DNA of 64,000 bases from Zootoca vivipara (Eukaryota), in assembly GCF_963506605.1 (NCBI RefSeq), contig NC_083280.1, positions 41,850,001 to 41,914,000 on the forward strand, written 5' to 3'. The notes under the pieces are model-generated. The model had not been told where the DNA came from. It was given only the letters and a program-made list of their open reading frames with translations, and ran no database searches. Positions 1 through 11,048 of the stretch are shown piece after piece. Made by a program: the position numbers and the translations under genes. How positions within the stretch are numbered: position 1 is the first letter of the stretch; the number at the start of each line of letters is the position of its first letter.

Positions 1-189
1 CAACCTTCCCAAACCTCCCTTACTCCAAAAGTTCACTTTCTGTGACCTTCTTATCATAATCAGAGCAGGAAGAGTTACTGGCAGCAGCAGATCTTTGAAA
101 CGCCTCATTCCTTAATTTGTGGGGCAGTTTGTTTGAATGTTAGGGATACTCAAAGAAGAAGGAACAGCACACTGAAAAAAAACCTATCA

Positions 190-1730
190 TAATTCTGTGT
201 CTTATTTCACTGTGGAAACTTTCACAGAATATGGATTTGCAATAAAATAGTGAGAGGGGGTGTGTCTGTGAAAGGATCCTACTATGTAACCAAGATTGCA
301 GGAGACACAGATTTATGGCCTTGCCACAATGTGAGTTTCCAAAGAAGAGGCACTGTTTGAAATGAAATTAATCAGAACAAATGGTGTTACGGCCAGGAAA
401 GTTTGTATATTCTCGAGCTGAAATATTAACCATGGTAACGCAGAATCAATCGGCAGTGAGCTTTTATTTTCAGAATGAGACTAGTTTCCCAAGAAGAACT
501 TTTCAGGGAGAAAAAAAAAGGCAATAGTTTTAGATTGTGTGTGGATTATGTAGCAAAAACAAGTACCATTGATACTGTGTCTCTCAATAATCTTACATAA
601 CTGGGTGTAGACGAGGAAGAAATCCCATCTTGTCCAAAGCTCCTTGAAGGAATGGTTGGGTATAAATCTGACAAACAAGCCATTTGTCAATATGACTTCT
701 CCAAACTCTAGGACTTCTGGTCTCTTTTCAAAACACCATCACTGCACCTGTTACTTCTGGACAACAAATGGGTCTCTGTGTAAGAGCTCATTCACAAAAA
801 AGGAAAATCCACTTCATTTGGTAACCTTTTCTCAAGATCTGCTCCCCCACCCCGCACTTGAACTGCTGTGATGTGGGGCTTCCTTCCACACTTGTATAAG
901 GACTTTCATCTGGTCCTCTACAATAGGCTCTTGTCTTTGGATCCCCACTCCCTACAACTTCTTGTTTAAAAATACTTCAGAACTTTTTGTTCATGATTGT
1001 TTGGAATGGAAATATGAGCAATACGGAGCACAGAGCAGGATATTCATGCTGAACAACATCCACTGACCTCTTAAGTTTCTAGGAAGTCCCACTATGGAAG
1101 CTGACCTCTTGGAGACCAATCTAGGCTTTAAAGAGCAAAGTACACAGAGAAGAAAGGCAGATTGGGGTGCTGCTGGTTTCATTTCAGCCTGAGGGTTTGG
1201 AGCTTGACTTGGGGCTGCTGGGCTGGGTTCTTCCCGTTACAAGCCATTAAAGCCCAAATTCTTAAACTGGAAATCTATTTTTTGATGGACAGGCTGCCTG
1301 AGAGATTGCCTGGATTATACCACGCCCATGGAAAATTGATCATCTGAATAATTTGTCATGATGAGGACAAATCGTGTTTTTGCTTGCTGTTTCTTGAGCC
1401 ACATTAGGAAGGTTTGTGATAGTAGGCAAAAACACTCCTTGGACTTCTTTTTTAAAAAAACCAGTAGCTTTTTGCATTTACCTTTTTCCATTGGTGCACC
1501 TGTGCAGGGGGGGGGGAGGTATCCCTTGTATAGAGCGATTTTGGTGGAATTGACAAGTGCATTGAAAGGCATTGTGTCTCAGTAGCCATAACTTGCCATG
1601 GCTGCCGAGTGACCATTTTATTGCAGTGCAGCGCAGTGCAGTGCATTTATAGGAGTTGTGCTATTCACTTCAAACACATTATCACAGAGGCTATCCAGAG
1701 GTGTTTTTTTACCATTTATTATGTTTTTTA
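190..1730 (+). pseudogene. Decayed endogenous retrovirus env-like frame (gamma-type TM)
   Basis: Interrupted frames give a Cys/N-glycan-rich SU-like region (NVS, NLT, NGS, NTS; CGASFHTCI...SC). Then QRRKA|DWGAAGFISA*GFGA*LGAAGLGSS at 1145-1234 (degenerate furin site plus fusion peptide), heptad LQAIKAQILKLE, and ISD-like SHIRKV...RQKHSLDFFFKKTSS/FC at 1397-1475. LPWLP plus a hydrophobic stretch follows near 1590-1670. Multiple stops and frameshifts. Confidence 0.55.
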
Positions 1731-2924
1731 AAAGCAGTGGTTTTAACAAAGCAGACTGCAAGGAGAAAAGTGGAGTTAGGAACCAGAGAAGAGCAGGTAG
1801 CAGTACTCTAGGCAAGTGGTAACCAAGGTGACTAGAGCTTTTGCCAAGGGACCAGAGAGGAAGGATATTATGTGTATATTTGACAAAATTATACATAAAA
1901 TGTGTACAGGAGAAATTTTCACACCAAGAAAAACTGATGAATTGTTGTGATTTTTTAGAAAATTGCAAACTGATGTGAAAATGTGGAAAACTGAACTTAA
2001 GATTGGAAAAATGAGAAACTGAGAGAAATCATGAATGGCATTTGCTGGACTAGTTGGGTCTTTGGTCTGTTCCACTAAGACTCTTCTTATCTCAAGAAGA
2101 GATTCTTGAGGGATCCTAATATTAAGAAGGGAAGTAGGGGAAGAGCTTCCATTTATGGAAATTATTTTATGTACACATTATTCCTTTTCCTCTTCCAGGT
2201 TCTTATTTAGGACCATTTGCACAGGCTTTCCATGCCCAAGAGAGACAAGTAACAATGCAGAACTGCTGGCTCTGAACCCTTGCTTCAAAACATAAGAACA
2301 TGGAAATGAATTAACTTGAGAGTGAGATAAATGATTGTCAGGTTGTGGAGGCTCTGCAAGAGTTTGTAGAACTGCTTAGGAGGCTTTGCCTTTAGAATTT
2401 GCTTGATCCGATAGGTTTCCAGACCGCTTTGGCAGCATTTTTGAGGAGTTGGCAACTCTCCTCTTGGAATACCCAAGTGACTCAGGTGGTTGACATGGTT
2501 GCCCCTGAAAGCTCTCTCCTATTGGTTCAGGGTAACTCCCTGGTTCTCCAGGAATCTGCTAGAAATGAAACTGTTGTAACAATGACTGCAGGGCAAAACT
2601 GACCAAACACTACCAGTACTTGAGAGTCCATTTGAAAGCCTGTTCCATGATAGTATAGGTAGCAATTAAATCTTAGCTTTTTCACCAGCATTGCATCTAT
2701 ACAATGCTATCCAGCACAACTATTTCAGATTGTCAAAAAGGCCTCCTCAGTTTTTTGCTGTCAAACCTATAGAACCATACAAACGCACAGTAGCCCACAA
2801 CAAGCCTTAATTGCACTACAGACAAAGTTGCTCACATCCTCTCAAAGCTTTGTACTGGTGATTGGCCTCTGCAAGAGTGGATCTACACACAGGAAAAACC
2901 CCGGTATAAATAAGTCAGAAATTA

Positions 2925-3324
2925 CCATCTTTTTCCATGTATAACATGCCCCCATGTATAAGATCACCCCTATTTTGGGGGACTCTAAATTAAGGAAATG
3001 GGGGAAGATTGGCCAGAGTTCTTAAGCTTTCTTGGGGGGGGATGCCGACAATTGGTCACCCACCTGACCACCCCTGCCATTCACACAACCCGACGAAGCC
3101 ACCGATTTGCCCGCTAACCCCCAGCAACCGCCAATTGCATTTGCTGCAACAGCAGCCAATCGCCACAGCAAAAAATCACCTGCCCAAACGCCACTCAAAA
3201 TCTCCTGCTTGCGGCTATCACCAATCACACGCCCCCCCATGCACTATCCGTGTATAGAATGACCCCCAATTTTTAACAGTTCTTTATAATAAATAAACCT
3301 TGTCTTATTCATGGGAAAATATGG
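2925..3324. mobile_element. pogo/Tigger-like non-autonomous DNA transposon (degraded)
   Basis: Ends ta|ccatctttttccatgtataa ... ttattcatgggaaaatatgg form imperfect TIRs; internal ccgtgtata-gacccc subterminal motif. Confidence 0.55.
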
Positions 3325-5020
3325 GAAATCGTTATAACATAAGAAAATAAACACTATGCAAAAATCTATGCCATACATAGCCCAAGTAGATCACTGTGAA
3401 TATGCTTTGCCTGTGTTTGCCCTTGAGTGCAATTCAAGCCAAAGGACATGTTAAGCTATTCATGCTGCTGCTGCTTTTAAGTGTTCTTATGCTGGTCTCT
3501 TTTATTTTGAAGCAAAAGGAACCAAGGGTGAGGGGCAAACTGGGGCAGGGATCAGTGTCCCGTGTTGGTTCCTGCTGAAAATTGCCCTTCCCCAGTTGCT
3601 GTTGGCCCTCTGCAAAACGCTATTTACTTTATGCTCTGTAAATTTGTCTAATCCTTTTTTTTAAAAAAAAGATGCTATCACCACATCTTGCATCAGTGAA
3701 TTCCATTGCTAAACAGTTTCCATATCAAAGCAGTAGACACAGAAGTATCGGTGGGATTCTGCAGGCTTCAAAGTTGACAAGGGTTCTGCCACCTCCATTA
3801 TCAAAGTCAGTTGTGCTCTGTTATCTTTTCCCATGTGACATGCCAGCCACAAGACATATGTCAAATGCATCTGGCTGTCAACACCATCTAAGGAACACTG
3901 AGGCTAACCATTTCATTTTCCTGAATGGGTCACTCGCAACGAAACCAAGGGGATGGAGAATGTCATTGATTTAGCCCATGTTATGAAAGTTGGGAGATCC
4001 CTGGCAGTGGTGCAGTTATGTAAATAAATGATCTTTCTAGGAGGGGGTTCTTAAGATGGCATTTGGATATTACTATCCTTTCCTGAAAATGTGGGAAGCC
4101 TGTTGCATGTGGGGGCCCTTTTGCTGATTCTGCTGTGTCTCTGCCCCAAAGTCCTGCCCTGATGTTATCACTGCTGCCAGGGCTGCTGGCTGCTGCCATT
4201 GCTCCGGCTTTGTGTCAGCAGGAGTGGGGGGATGCAGCTGGGAGCTGCTGTCTGCACTGTTAGAGTAAGGACCGAGTCTGTGGGACCGTCTCCAGATGGA
4301 AGGAATGCGCTTGGTGCTGATGTGGTGAATGGGGGGATTGTCAGGCCGAGCTGGCTGGGTCTCAGGGAATTCCTGTCTGTAACCTTCCCCGACGACATTT
4401 TGCCAGAAATAAACCATCGATTTGCTGCCAACACAAACAGAAAAGCTGGGATTCCACGCTGAGCACAAAGCCCCTGTGTGCTCACTTCCGGGCGGTGTGA
4501 TCCTCTGTGGGAAAGGGGACTGGGATGCGGTATGTCTGTGTGTGGGGTCGTATCTTAGCTATTCCTTCACTATAGAAACGGGTGCAACCTCACAGCTTGG
4601 AATTGTAGCCTGGCCGTCATATTCTGCTTACGCACCATACATTTCAAGCTCAAAACTTCCCTCAAAGCACCCTGGGAACTTAAGTAAATTACAGCGCCCA
4701 AGGAGCCTTTGCAGGAAGTTGTGTGCTGTAAATGTATGGCATGCACGAGGCAAGAAGGATGAGCAAGGGTGTTCTGTTTAACACCAACCTCAGCTTTTTG
4801 TCACCTGCACTTGTCTCCAAATGTTCAAAATCCTTCAGTTTCTCAAGGTTTTCTGTCAGGAGGAGAAGCTGATGTTTCATTCATTTTACTCCTGAGAATT
4901 TCAGGCTACAATCTGTTTCCCACCTGAAGGGAAGAGGAAAATGAAGGTCAATGGTTTCTGTGGAGCCCAGAGCACAAGCTTGTGCCTTAGCATCAGAAGC
5001 AGAGAAGGAGGTGATGTATG

Positions 5021-5067
<47 letters not shown>

Positions 5068-5125
5068 ATTGTACCCTGCCCACCTGACTGGGTTTCCCCA
5101 GCTACTCTGGGTGGCTTCCAACAGA
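5021..5125 (-). repeat. (AAC)n microsatellite (5021-5067) as tail of an L2-type 3' fragment
   Basis: aac repeats followed by ctgggtttccccagctactctgggtggcttccaaca, the same motif as at 13750-13830, 44025-44107 and 53490-53580. Confidence 0.7.
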
Positions 5126-5139
5126 TGTAAGAACACATA

Positions 5140-5890
5140 AGCTCTACTGTCAGGGGCAATATGCCTTTGAACATCAGTTGCTGGTAATCACAAGTTAGGA
5201 GCAGGCCTGGCTCGCCCATTGACTCTAGTGGCGCAATGCACCACGGCGCCTGGGCGATCAGGGGGCGCTGAGGGGCGCCCCAGCAAGTGGGGGAGCTTCG
5301 CGGCGGCCTCCCTTTTCCCTCCACCAGCCGCGCCGCGAGAGCAGGGAGGGAAGCGAGTGGAACAGGGGCACTAGGACCCTGTTCCGCTCTGCAGCGCCAG
5401 GGTCATCCCTCACCCCGGCGCTGTGTTTCATTGGTAGAGGTGACGCCACATGGCAGCACCTCTACCAATGAAATGCAGCACCCTGTTGGCGGGAAGGAAC
5501 CCGGCGTGGCCCGGCCTGCCCAGGCACCCCGCTCCACAGGGAGATGGGAGGAAGGCTGCACGGAGCAGCGGCGCCCCCTCCCCCACTCAATCCGGCGGCA
5601 TCGGACAGTCAGGCAGCCTCCGGCACAGCGTGGCCCTGCTGTGAGGTGCAGGGGCCGCCGTGAGGCTCCCACCGCCCGGCACGCCAGGTAAGAGTTTTCC
5701 TCTTTTTTTTAGAGTGGGGGGGGCGCCCAAGGGATCCCTGCACCAGGGCGCCCGATGACCTTAAGACGGCCCGGGTTAGGAGAGCACTCAGGTCCCGCTT
5801 GCTGGCTTCCCATAGGCACCTGGCTGACCACTGTGAGAACGGAGCACAGGACTAGGTGGGCCTGATCCTACGAGGAACATCTTATGCAGT
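5140..5890 (+). mobile_element. CR1 LINE 3' UTR fragment interrupted by a hAT MITE
   Basis: atgcctttgaacatcagttgctgg...gcttgctggcttcccataggcacctggctgaccactgtgagaac...cctgatcc...cttatg; similar to the CR1 tail at 10880-11005. Confidence 0.6.
5202..5774. mobile_element. GC-rich hAT-type MITE, copy 1
   Basis: 8-bp TSD gttaggag (5194-5201, 5775-5782); ends caggcctggct...agacggcccgg. Confidence 0.85.
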
Positions 5891-6861
5891 TTTCTTAAGC
5901 TCTGCATTGAGAGCATAGCTCCAAGTACTTGCATATTACAAAGTGGGGTTCAGAAGAGAATGTAAATGAGAAAACACACATGCAAATGCTTTATCTCAGG
6001 AACAATGGCTTCAATACAGTTTTTCAGCTGAAAAACTACTGATGAAATAATACCGATTACAGAACACTTAAAACCCAGTGCCGCCTTTACAGATTGGTAT
6101 AGCTTAATTTTCTATGCAGATGGAAAGCATGTAGGCAGGAGGCCTTATTTCCTTTTATGGAATGATAGCTAGAGGTTCCCTGCTTGCTGCGTTTCTTTGT
6201 GAGATAACTGCACGTTCGTATTTGGTGCGATTGTAATGAGATCTCTCTGCTGATACTGTTTGTAAAAGGAACAAAATGAGCTGTAAGTCTGCCTTCGGTT
6301 CTGTTAATGTTACTGCTTGTTAAATGAAACTGTGTTGAAATGTGAATATGATCTTAAAAGGGATTGTTGTGCTTCTGTTATATTTTCATATTCATCCAGG
6401 TGCTTATCTTCGAATCATCAGAGCAAATGTAAGCACTAACTTAATTTGAACAAAAGCGGAAGGCTGCTTGCCAAATTACTTTCACGGTGGACCTACCACT
6501 TTATTTCTAATGTTGTGTGTCCTGTATGTTCCTGTAATTTTTTATACTACAAATGTTCCAGGGATTTATTATCCCACTTTTGTCGTGTTATAGAGCAAGC
6601 CCCTCCAGACAGCAATAATATTGTAATACTAGGGAAGCATAGCAGAAAAACTAATATAGCAGAAGGATGTGTGGATGGGCCAGTATAAACCCTCCACTAA
6701 TGCACTATAATTGCACCAGTGACGTGTTTCAGAATACACAAACCCCACACACATTTGGAAGGGTCCTGACTCTCTGTTCAGTTAATTTGGTGAATCTCTG
6801 ATTCAACCCAGCTGGACGCAGCTAGACAGGGAGTGTTGATATGCAACTGCAGCACTTAAAC

Positions 6862-6961
6862 CACTTCCTCCTCCTTCTCCACCCCACAGGCCCAATGCCC
6901 AGTTTCTGCCTATTCTGTTGGACAGCCAAGGAGGTGGCTCTCCGCCACCCTGGGATTTCCC
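6862..6961 (+). promoter_or_regulatory. Candidate immune enhancer motifs: PU.1/ETS CACTTCCTC (6862-6870) and NF-kB GGGATTTCCC (6952-6961)
   Basis: Exact consensus matches in non-repetitive DNA about 4 kb upstream of ENTPD1 exon 2. Function is inferred only. Confidence 0.35.
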
Positions 6962-7349
6962 CTTGCTCTGGAGTCCTCCTCTGATTTAATAATCCAGTTT
7001 CCCAGCCTTTCGAGGCATTGTTACCATGCTAATTGCCATCCCCGGCCAGCAGCACGCAGCTCCAAGAACAAGATTAGATTCCACCCCTGTTCTCAGTGGG
7101 GTGTGTGTGTGTGTGTGTGTGTGTCAAAGGGGTGGGTGGGAAGGAGGACACTGGGAAGCATTGTACTCTCCTTCGAAGGGTGTAAGATTAGTTGCCTTAT
7201 TTGTTGCTACAAATCACCTCGGCTAGGGGCCTCAAATGATGCCCACTTGGCAAAATGCTGCACTGTGACCCTTGATTTCCAAAATGAGAGATGCTTAGCT
7301 TGAGCTGACCTGGAAGTCCTGCCCTTTGTGTCGGACATGTGGTGGGTTA

Positions 7350-7940
7350 AAGGTAAAGGGACCTCTGACCATTAGGTCCAGTCGTGACCGACTCTGGGGT
7401 TGCAACGCTCATTTCGCTTTATTTGCCGAGGGAGCCGGCGTACAGCTTCCAAGTTATGTGGCCAGCATGACTAAGCCGCTTCTGGCGAACCAGAGCAGCA
7501 CATGGAAACGCCGTTTACCTTCCCGCCGGAGCGGTACCTATTTACCCTGTTTCTCATATTTTAAGACATACGCATAAAATAAGCCATAGCAGGATTTTTA
7601 AGCATTCAAGGAATATAAGCCATACCCCAAAAATAAGACATAGTGATAGGTGCAGCAGCAATGCCGGCCGCAGCAGGAGAAGGAAGAAAAAAATAAGACA
7701 TCCCTTGAAAATAAGCCATAGTGTGTTTTTTTGAGGAAAAAATAAATATAAGACATGTCTTATAATATGAGAAACACGGTATCTACTTGCACTTTGACAT
7801 GCTTTCAAATTGCTAGGTTGGCAGGAGCTGGGACCGAACAACGGGAGCTCACCCTGTCGCAGGGATTCGAACCACCGACCTTCTGATCGGCAAGCCCTAG
7901 GCCCTGTGGCTTAACCCACAGCACCACCCACCGCATCCCC
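7350..7940 (-). mobile_element. Sauria SINE, full length, with nested MITE
   Basis: 14-bp TSD catgtggtgggtta (7336-7349, 7941-7954); (acctt)n tail; tRNA-like head with B box ggttcgaatcc on the minus strand. Confidence 0.9.
7545..7779. mobile_element. Tc1/mariner-pogo-type MITE nested in the Sauria SINE
   Basis: TA TSD; TIR ccctgtttctcatatt...aatatgagaaacacgg; repeated aaaataagac/cc subterminal motifs. Confidence 0.85.
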
Positions 7941-8180
7941 CATGTGGTGGGTTAGTTAGTGGTTATAAAGGCACCTCAGAGGTCCTCAAGTCCAACTCTC
8001 TTTCAGTGCAGCAAAGAGGCCCTTCAACCATACCCAGAGGCTCTCTCTTCTTTTATTACTTAACACATGCTGAGTCTTGACTTTGTAATATTGCTGGGTC
8101 TAAGCTGTGGCTAATATAAAACCCAGGTTCTCCAAACCAACAGAGGTGGCTCTGATACCTTTAGGATAACCAATGAGAAT

Positions 8181-8311
8181 GGTGTGTATCTGAAGAAGTG
8201 TGCATGCACACGAAAGCTCATACCAAAATATAAACTTAGTTGGTCTTTAAGGTGCTACTGAAGGAATTTTTTTATTTTGCTTCGACTCAGACCAACACGG
8301 CTACCTACCTG
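8181..8311 (+). mobile_element. Penelope-like element terminal fragment
   Basis: 10-bp TSD caatgagaat (8171-8180, 8312-8321); near-identical to 55490-55576; carries a hammerhead core. Confidence 0.8.
8186..8223 (+). ncRNA. Minimal type I hammerhead ribozyme motif
   Basis: GUAU-CUGAAGA-a-GUGUGC/GCACAC (stem II)-GAAA-GC-UC^-AUAC; stem I GUAU:AUAC; palindromic AGCU in place of stem III. Confidence 0.75.
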
Positions 8312-8827
8312 CAATGAGAATTTATTTCAGTATTTCCCCTCTCAGCCTGGTAACGTATGCATGTTATTTTTGATCTTTTTTCTCAACGGACTTCTGCTTC
8401 TGTAGCCTATATAATGTTGTACTCTCGCTATTGCTTTGCATAGCGAGCCATTCCAGGTGCAGCACTAACCGGGATCTGCTTGCAATCCTATATCACAGCC
8501 TTCTTCAACCTGCTGGTCTCCAGATGCCCTCCAGTCCCAAGTATCTGGAGGCCAGTTGGTTGCAGAAGGCTGCTATATACACCTGCAGTCAGCTCCATTG
8601 AACTCAGTGGAACTTTGTTCTGTGCAGACAGATGTAGATTTGCACTATGAGTTTCCTTTGGATGAAAGAGCACTGAGGGAAATGGTGTACAGTATTTGCT
8701 TCATTTACAAAAATGCATGCATAGCCCAAGTATAAGCAAGAAGCAGGCACTCCTATGAGGAGGGAGATCCTTCCATGGTTATTCATCTTCAGGAAGGTAT
8801 CTCACCTCTCTTCCTTTCTCTTTGCCT

Positions 8828-9499
8828 TGTTATAAGATTTTTAAGGTCTTTGATATATAATAAATGTTCATAAATGTACAAGGCAAACATGTACATAAAT
8901 ATATAAACCAATGAATGAAAACAGTACAGGAAGACAGTCCTGAAACCATTTTGACTCCCAAACTGACCAAATGTTTCTCTGCAAGGAGGGAGGGGGTGAA
9001 GGAACCTTCCCATTGTCTCAGGAATTGAGTAATTAGCATCTCAAAGAAATGACCAAACTACCAGGAAAGGCAATCAGATAAGGCATTATCAGATAACCTT
9101 GCAGACAGGAAAAACAACAACATTCAAATTTCTGTTGTAGACCGCCTTTTCTGTGATGTAGGTATGATGTATCTGGGGTGGTGGTCTTGGGCTACACCCT
9201 TTCTGTGATGTATGTATGATGTATGGAGTGGTGGTCTTGGACTCCAGGGTGGACAATTTAAATGTCTATGTAAGGGCAGGCACGCTTTGGTTTGGGGTCA
9301 TCCTCCTCTTTTCTCCTGCGTGAGAGGGAGCACCCTGTTGCAGCAGTTCAATAAAGATCAAGCTTACTAGCTGCTTTGCTTCTCAATATTTTCTGGTTGG
9401 CCTCTGTTATTTTCTCCTACCAATGGAGAACCTACAAAGGACTCAGTAAGGGCTCTTGTGTACCCCATAAGGGAATAAGGGCAGATTTTGTTTACAACA
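8828..9499 (+). mobile_element. Solo LTR (ERV1-type, 4-bp TSD)
   Basis: TGTTATAA...TTACAACA termini; TSD gcct (8824-8827, 9500-9503); roughly 53-bp tandem U3 repeat at about 9146-9250; AATAAA at 9350-9355. Confidence 0.85.
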
Positions 9500-10496
9500 G
9501 CCTCCATGTTCAATAGATCTGCTCCAAAAGAGCACTAAAGAGTAGTTTTCCCAGGGGAAGCAGCAGGAGAAGAGGAAGCGTGGATAAGCCCACTATATTC
9601 AGACAGCAAACTCATAACCAAAGCTTTTAAAAGCCAACTAAGACCACCTTCCTCTTTTGTTGATGGTTTCTATTTTCAACTTTTATTTCCTCTTTGCCAG
9701 CTAGCAAAACAATATGCTTGGTATCTAAGGTTGCAACAGCATGCTCTAACAGTCAGTATTTTGCAATTGGGTTAAAATAAATGATACTTATTAAATATAC
9801 CACACACCAGTTGTTCTACTGCAGGGGTAGCCATATTGTGCCATTCAGATGTTATGGACTACAGCACACATTGGTCACGCTGGTTGAGGATTATGGGAGT
9901 TGTAGTCCAAAACGTGGAGGGTGCCGCATTGTCTACTCCTGTTCTATTGCATTAAAGCTCTAACTTCTATAGGAGGAAAGGAGAATCACTCTTCCCATCT
10001 TTAGGCTTGTGCTTAAAGGAAGATTATAATAAGTGTGAAGTATACTTATTAACAAATAAAGTGTTAAGTTAATAAAGCATAACCATTTAACTTATTTTGG
10101 ATTTTCAAAAACCCATGACAGTGCTGCATTCACTGAATGTGCTTCAGTCCCTGAAAGTCATTCTGGCGGAATTTGCATCCATTTCAAATTGTTGGCAGCA
10201 GTATAATCAGACTGGAGCCCGTGGAGAGCCCAGAACTGATTTGTTGTGGAATTTTAGAACTCCAGGAATAGCTTCTGCAGAAACGCAGAGACCAAAAATA
10301 AAAGCAGAGCCAGAGAGGCTTGTGCAGCTGGGCAGAGATCTAGCATCTGGACTAGCAGTGGGGTGAGTGGCAGCTGATTCCTGGCAAGCTTTGCCGTGCT
10401 GTGTTCCAGCATCAAAGAGGAGTGGGATTGCTTCCTTTTCTGTAGCTGCATCAGATCAGGCAGTGACAATCAGCCTTGTGGCATAGCTGGCCAAAG

Positions 10497-11005
10497 GGTG
10501 GGAAAAGTGCAGGAAATTGTGGCTAAAATTATCAAGGGGATGGAACAATTTCCTTATGAAGAAATATTACAATGAGTGGGGTTCTTTAGTTTAGAAGAAA
10601 ATGGTGAGCAAGGAGGACCACCAAAAGGGATGCATAAAAAGGGTGTGGGAAACGAGGGTAGAGATAAGTTTTTCTCCAGCTCTCAATAATACTGGAACCC
10701 AGAGTGCAGCTGAATGGTGGGGGATTCAGGAAAGACAAAAGAAAGTGCTTCTTCTTAAATTGCCTAGTTAGGTTTCAGAATCCTCTCTCGCAAGAGGTGG
10801 TGGTGGCCACCAACTTAGGCATGCTGTAAAATGGGATTAGATTAATAGATCCCCAGTTGCAATGGGGATCAATGAATGGGAACGGACTGCGGTGCTCATA
10901 TGCCGCTTGCTTGTTGGCTTGCTGCAGGCATCTGGTGCCACTGTAGGGAAACAGGTGGCTGAACTTGATGGGCCTTTGTCCTGATCCAACAGAGGCGTTC
11001 TTATG
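10497..11005 (+). mobile_element. Old CR1 LINE 3' fragment
   Basis: Decayed ORF2 C-terminus (EKVQ...KIIKGMEQFPYEE.LQ..GFFSLEE) followed by the CR1 3' UTR ending gggcctttgtcctgatccaacagaggcgttcttatg. Confidence 0.75.
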
Positions 11006-11048
11006 CTGTGTGGTTTGTAATGCCGTCTTCACTTTGCTGCGATTGCAG

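Noticed and set aside
508-552. KKKGNSFRLCVDY resembles the Ty3/Gypsy RT motif (KKDGxxRxCVDY)
   Set aside because: No downstream RT motifs (DL, PFG, YxDD) in any frame. The surrounding sequence fits an env SU region better.
1067-1100. PLKFLGSPTME resembles the mononegavirus L GSxT capping motif
   Set aside because: Isolated short match with no HR motif or other L context. It lies just upstream of the env-like cleavage site.
1-5000. Search for TCTN3 (human 5' neighbour of ENTPD1) on the minus strand
   Set aside because: No CxCDL/CCCDxDC tectonic motifs seen. The ORFs at 4073-4485 are unrecognisable.
8775-8796. ATG...GAAG|gtatct as a phase-1 coding exon 1 of ENTPD1 (MVIHLQE)
   Set aside because: The phase fits, but the donor and Kozak context are weak, there is no promoter context, and it does not resemble known CD39 N-termini.
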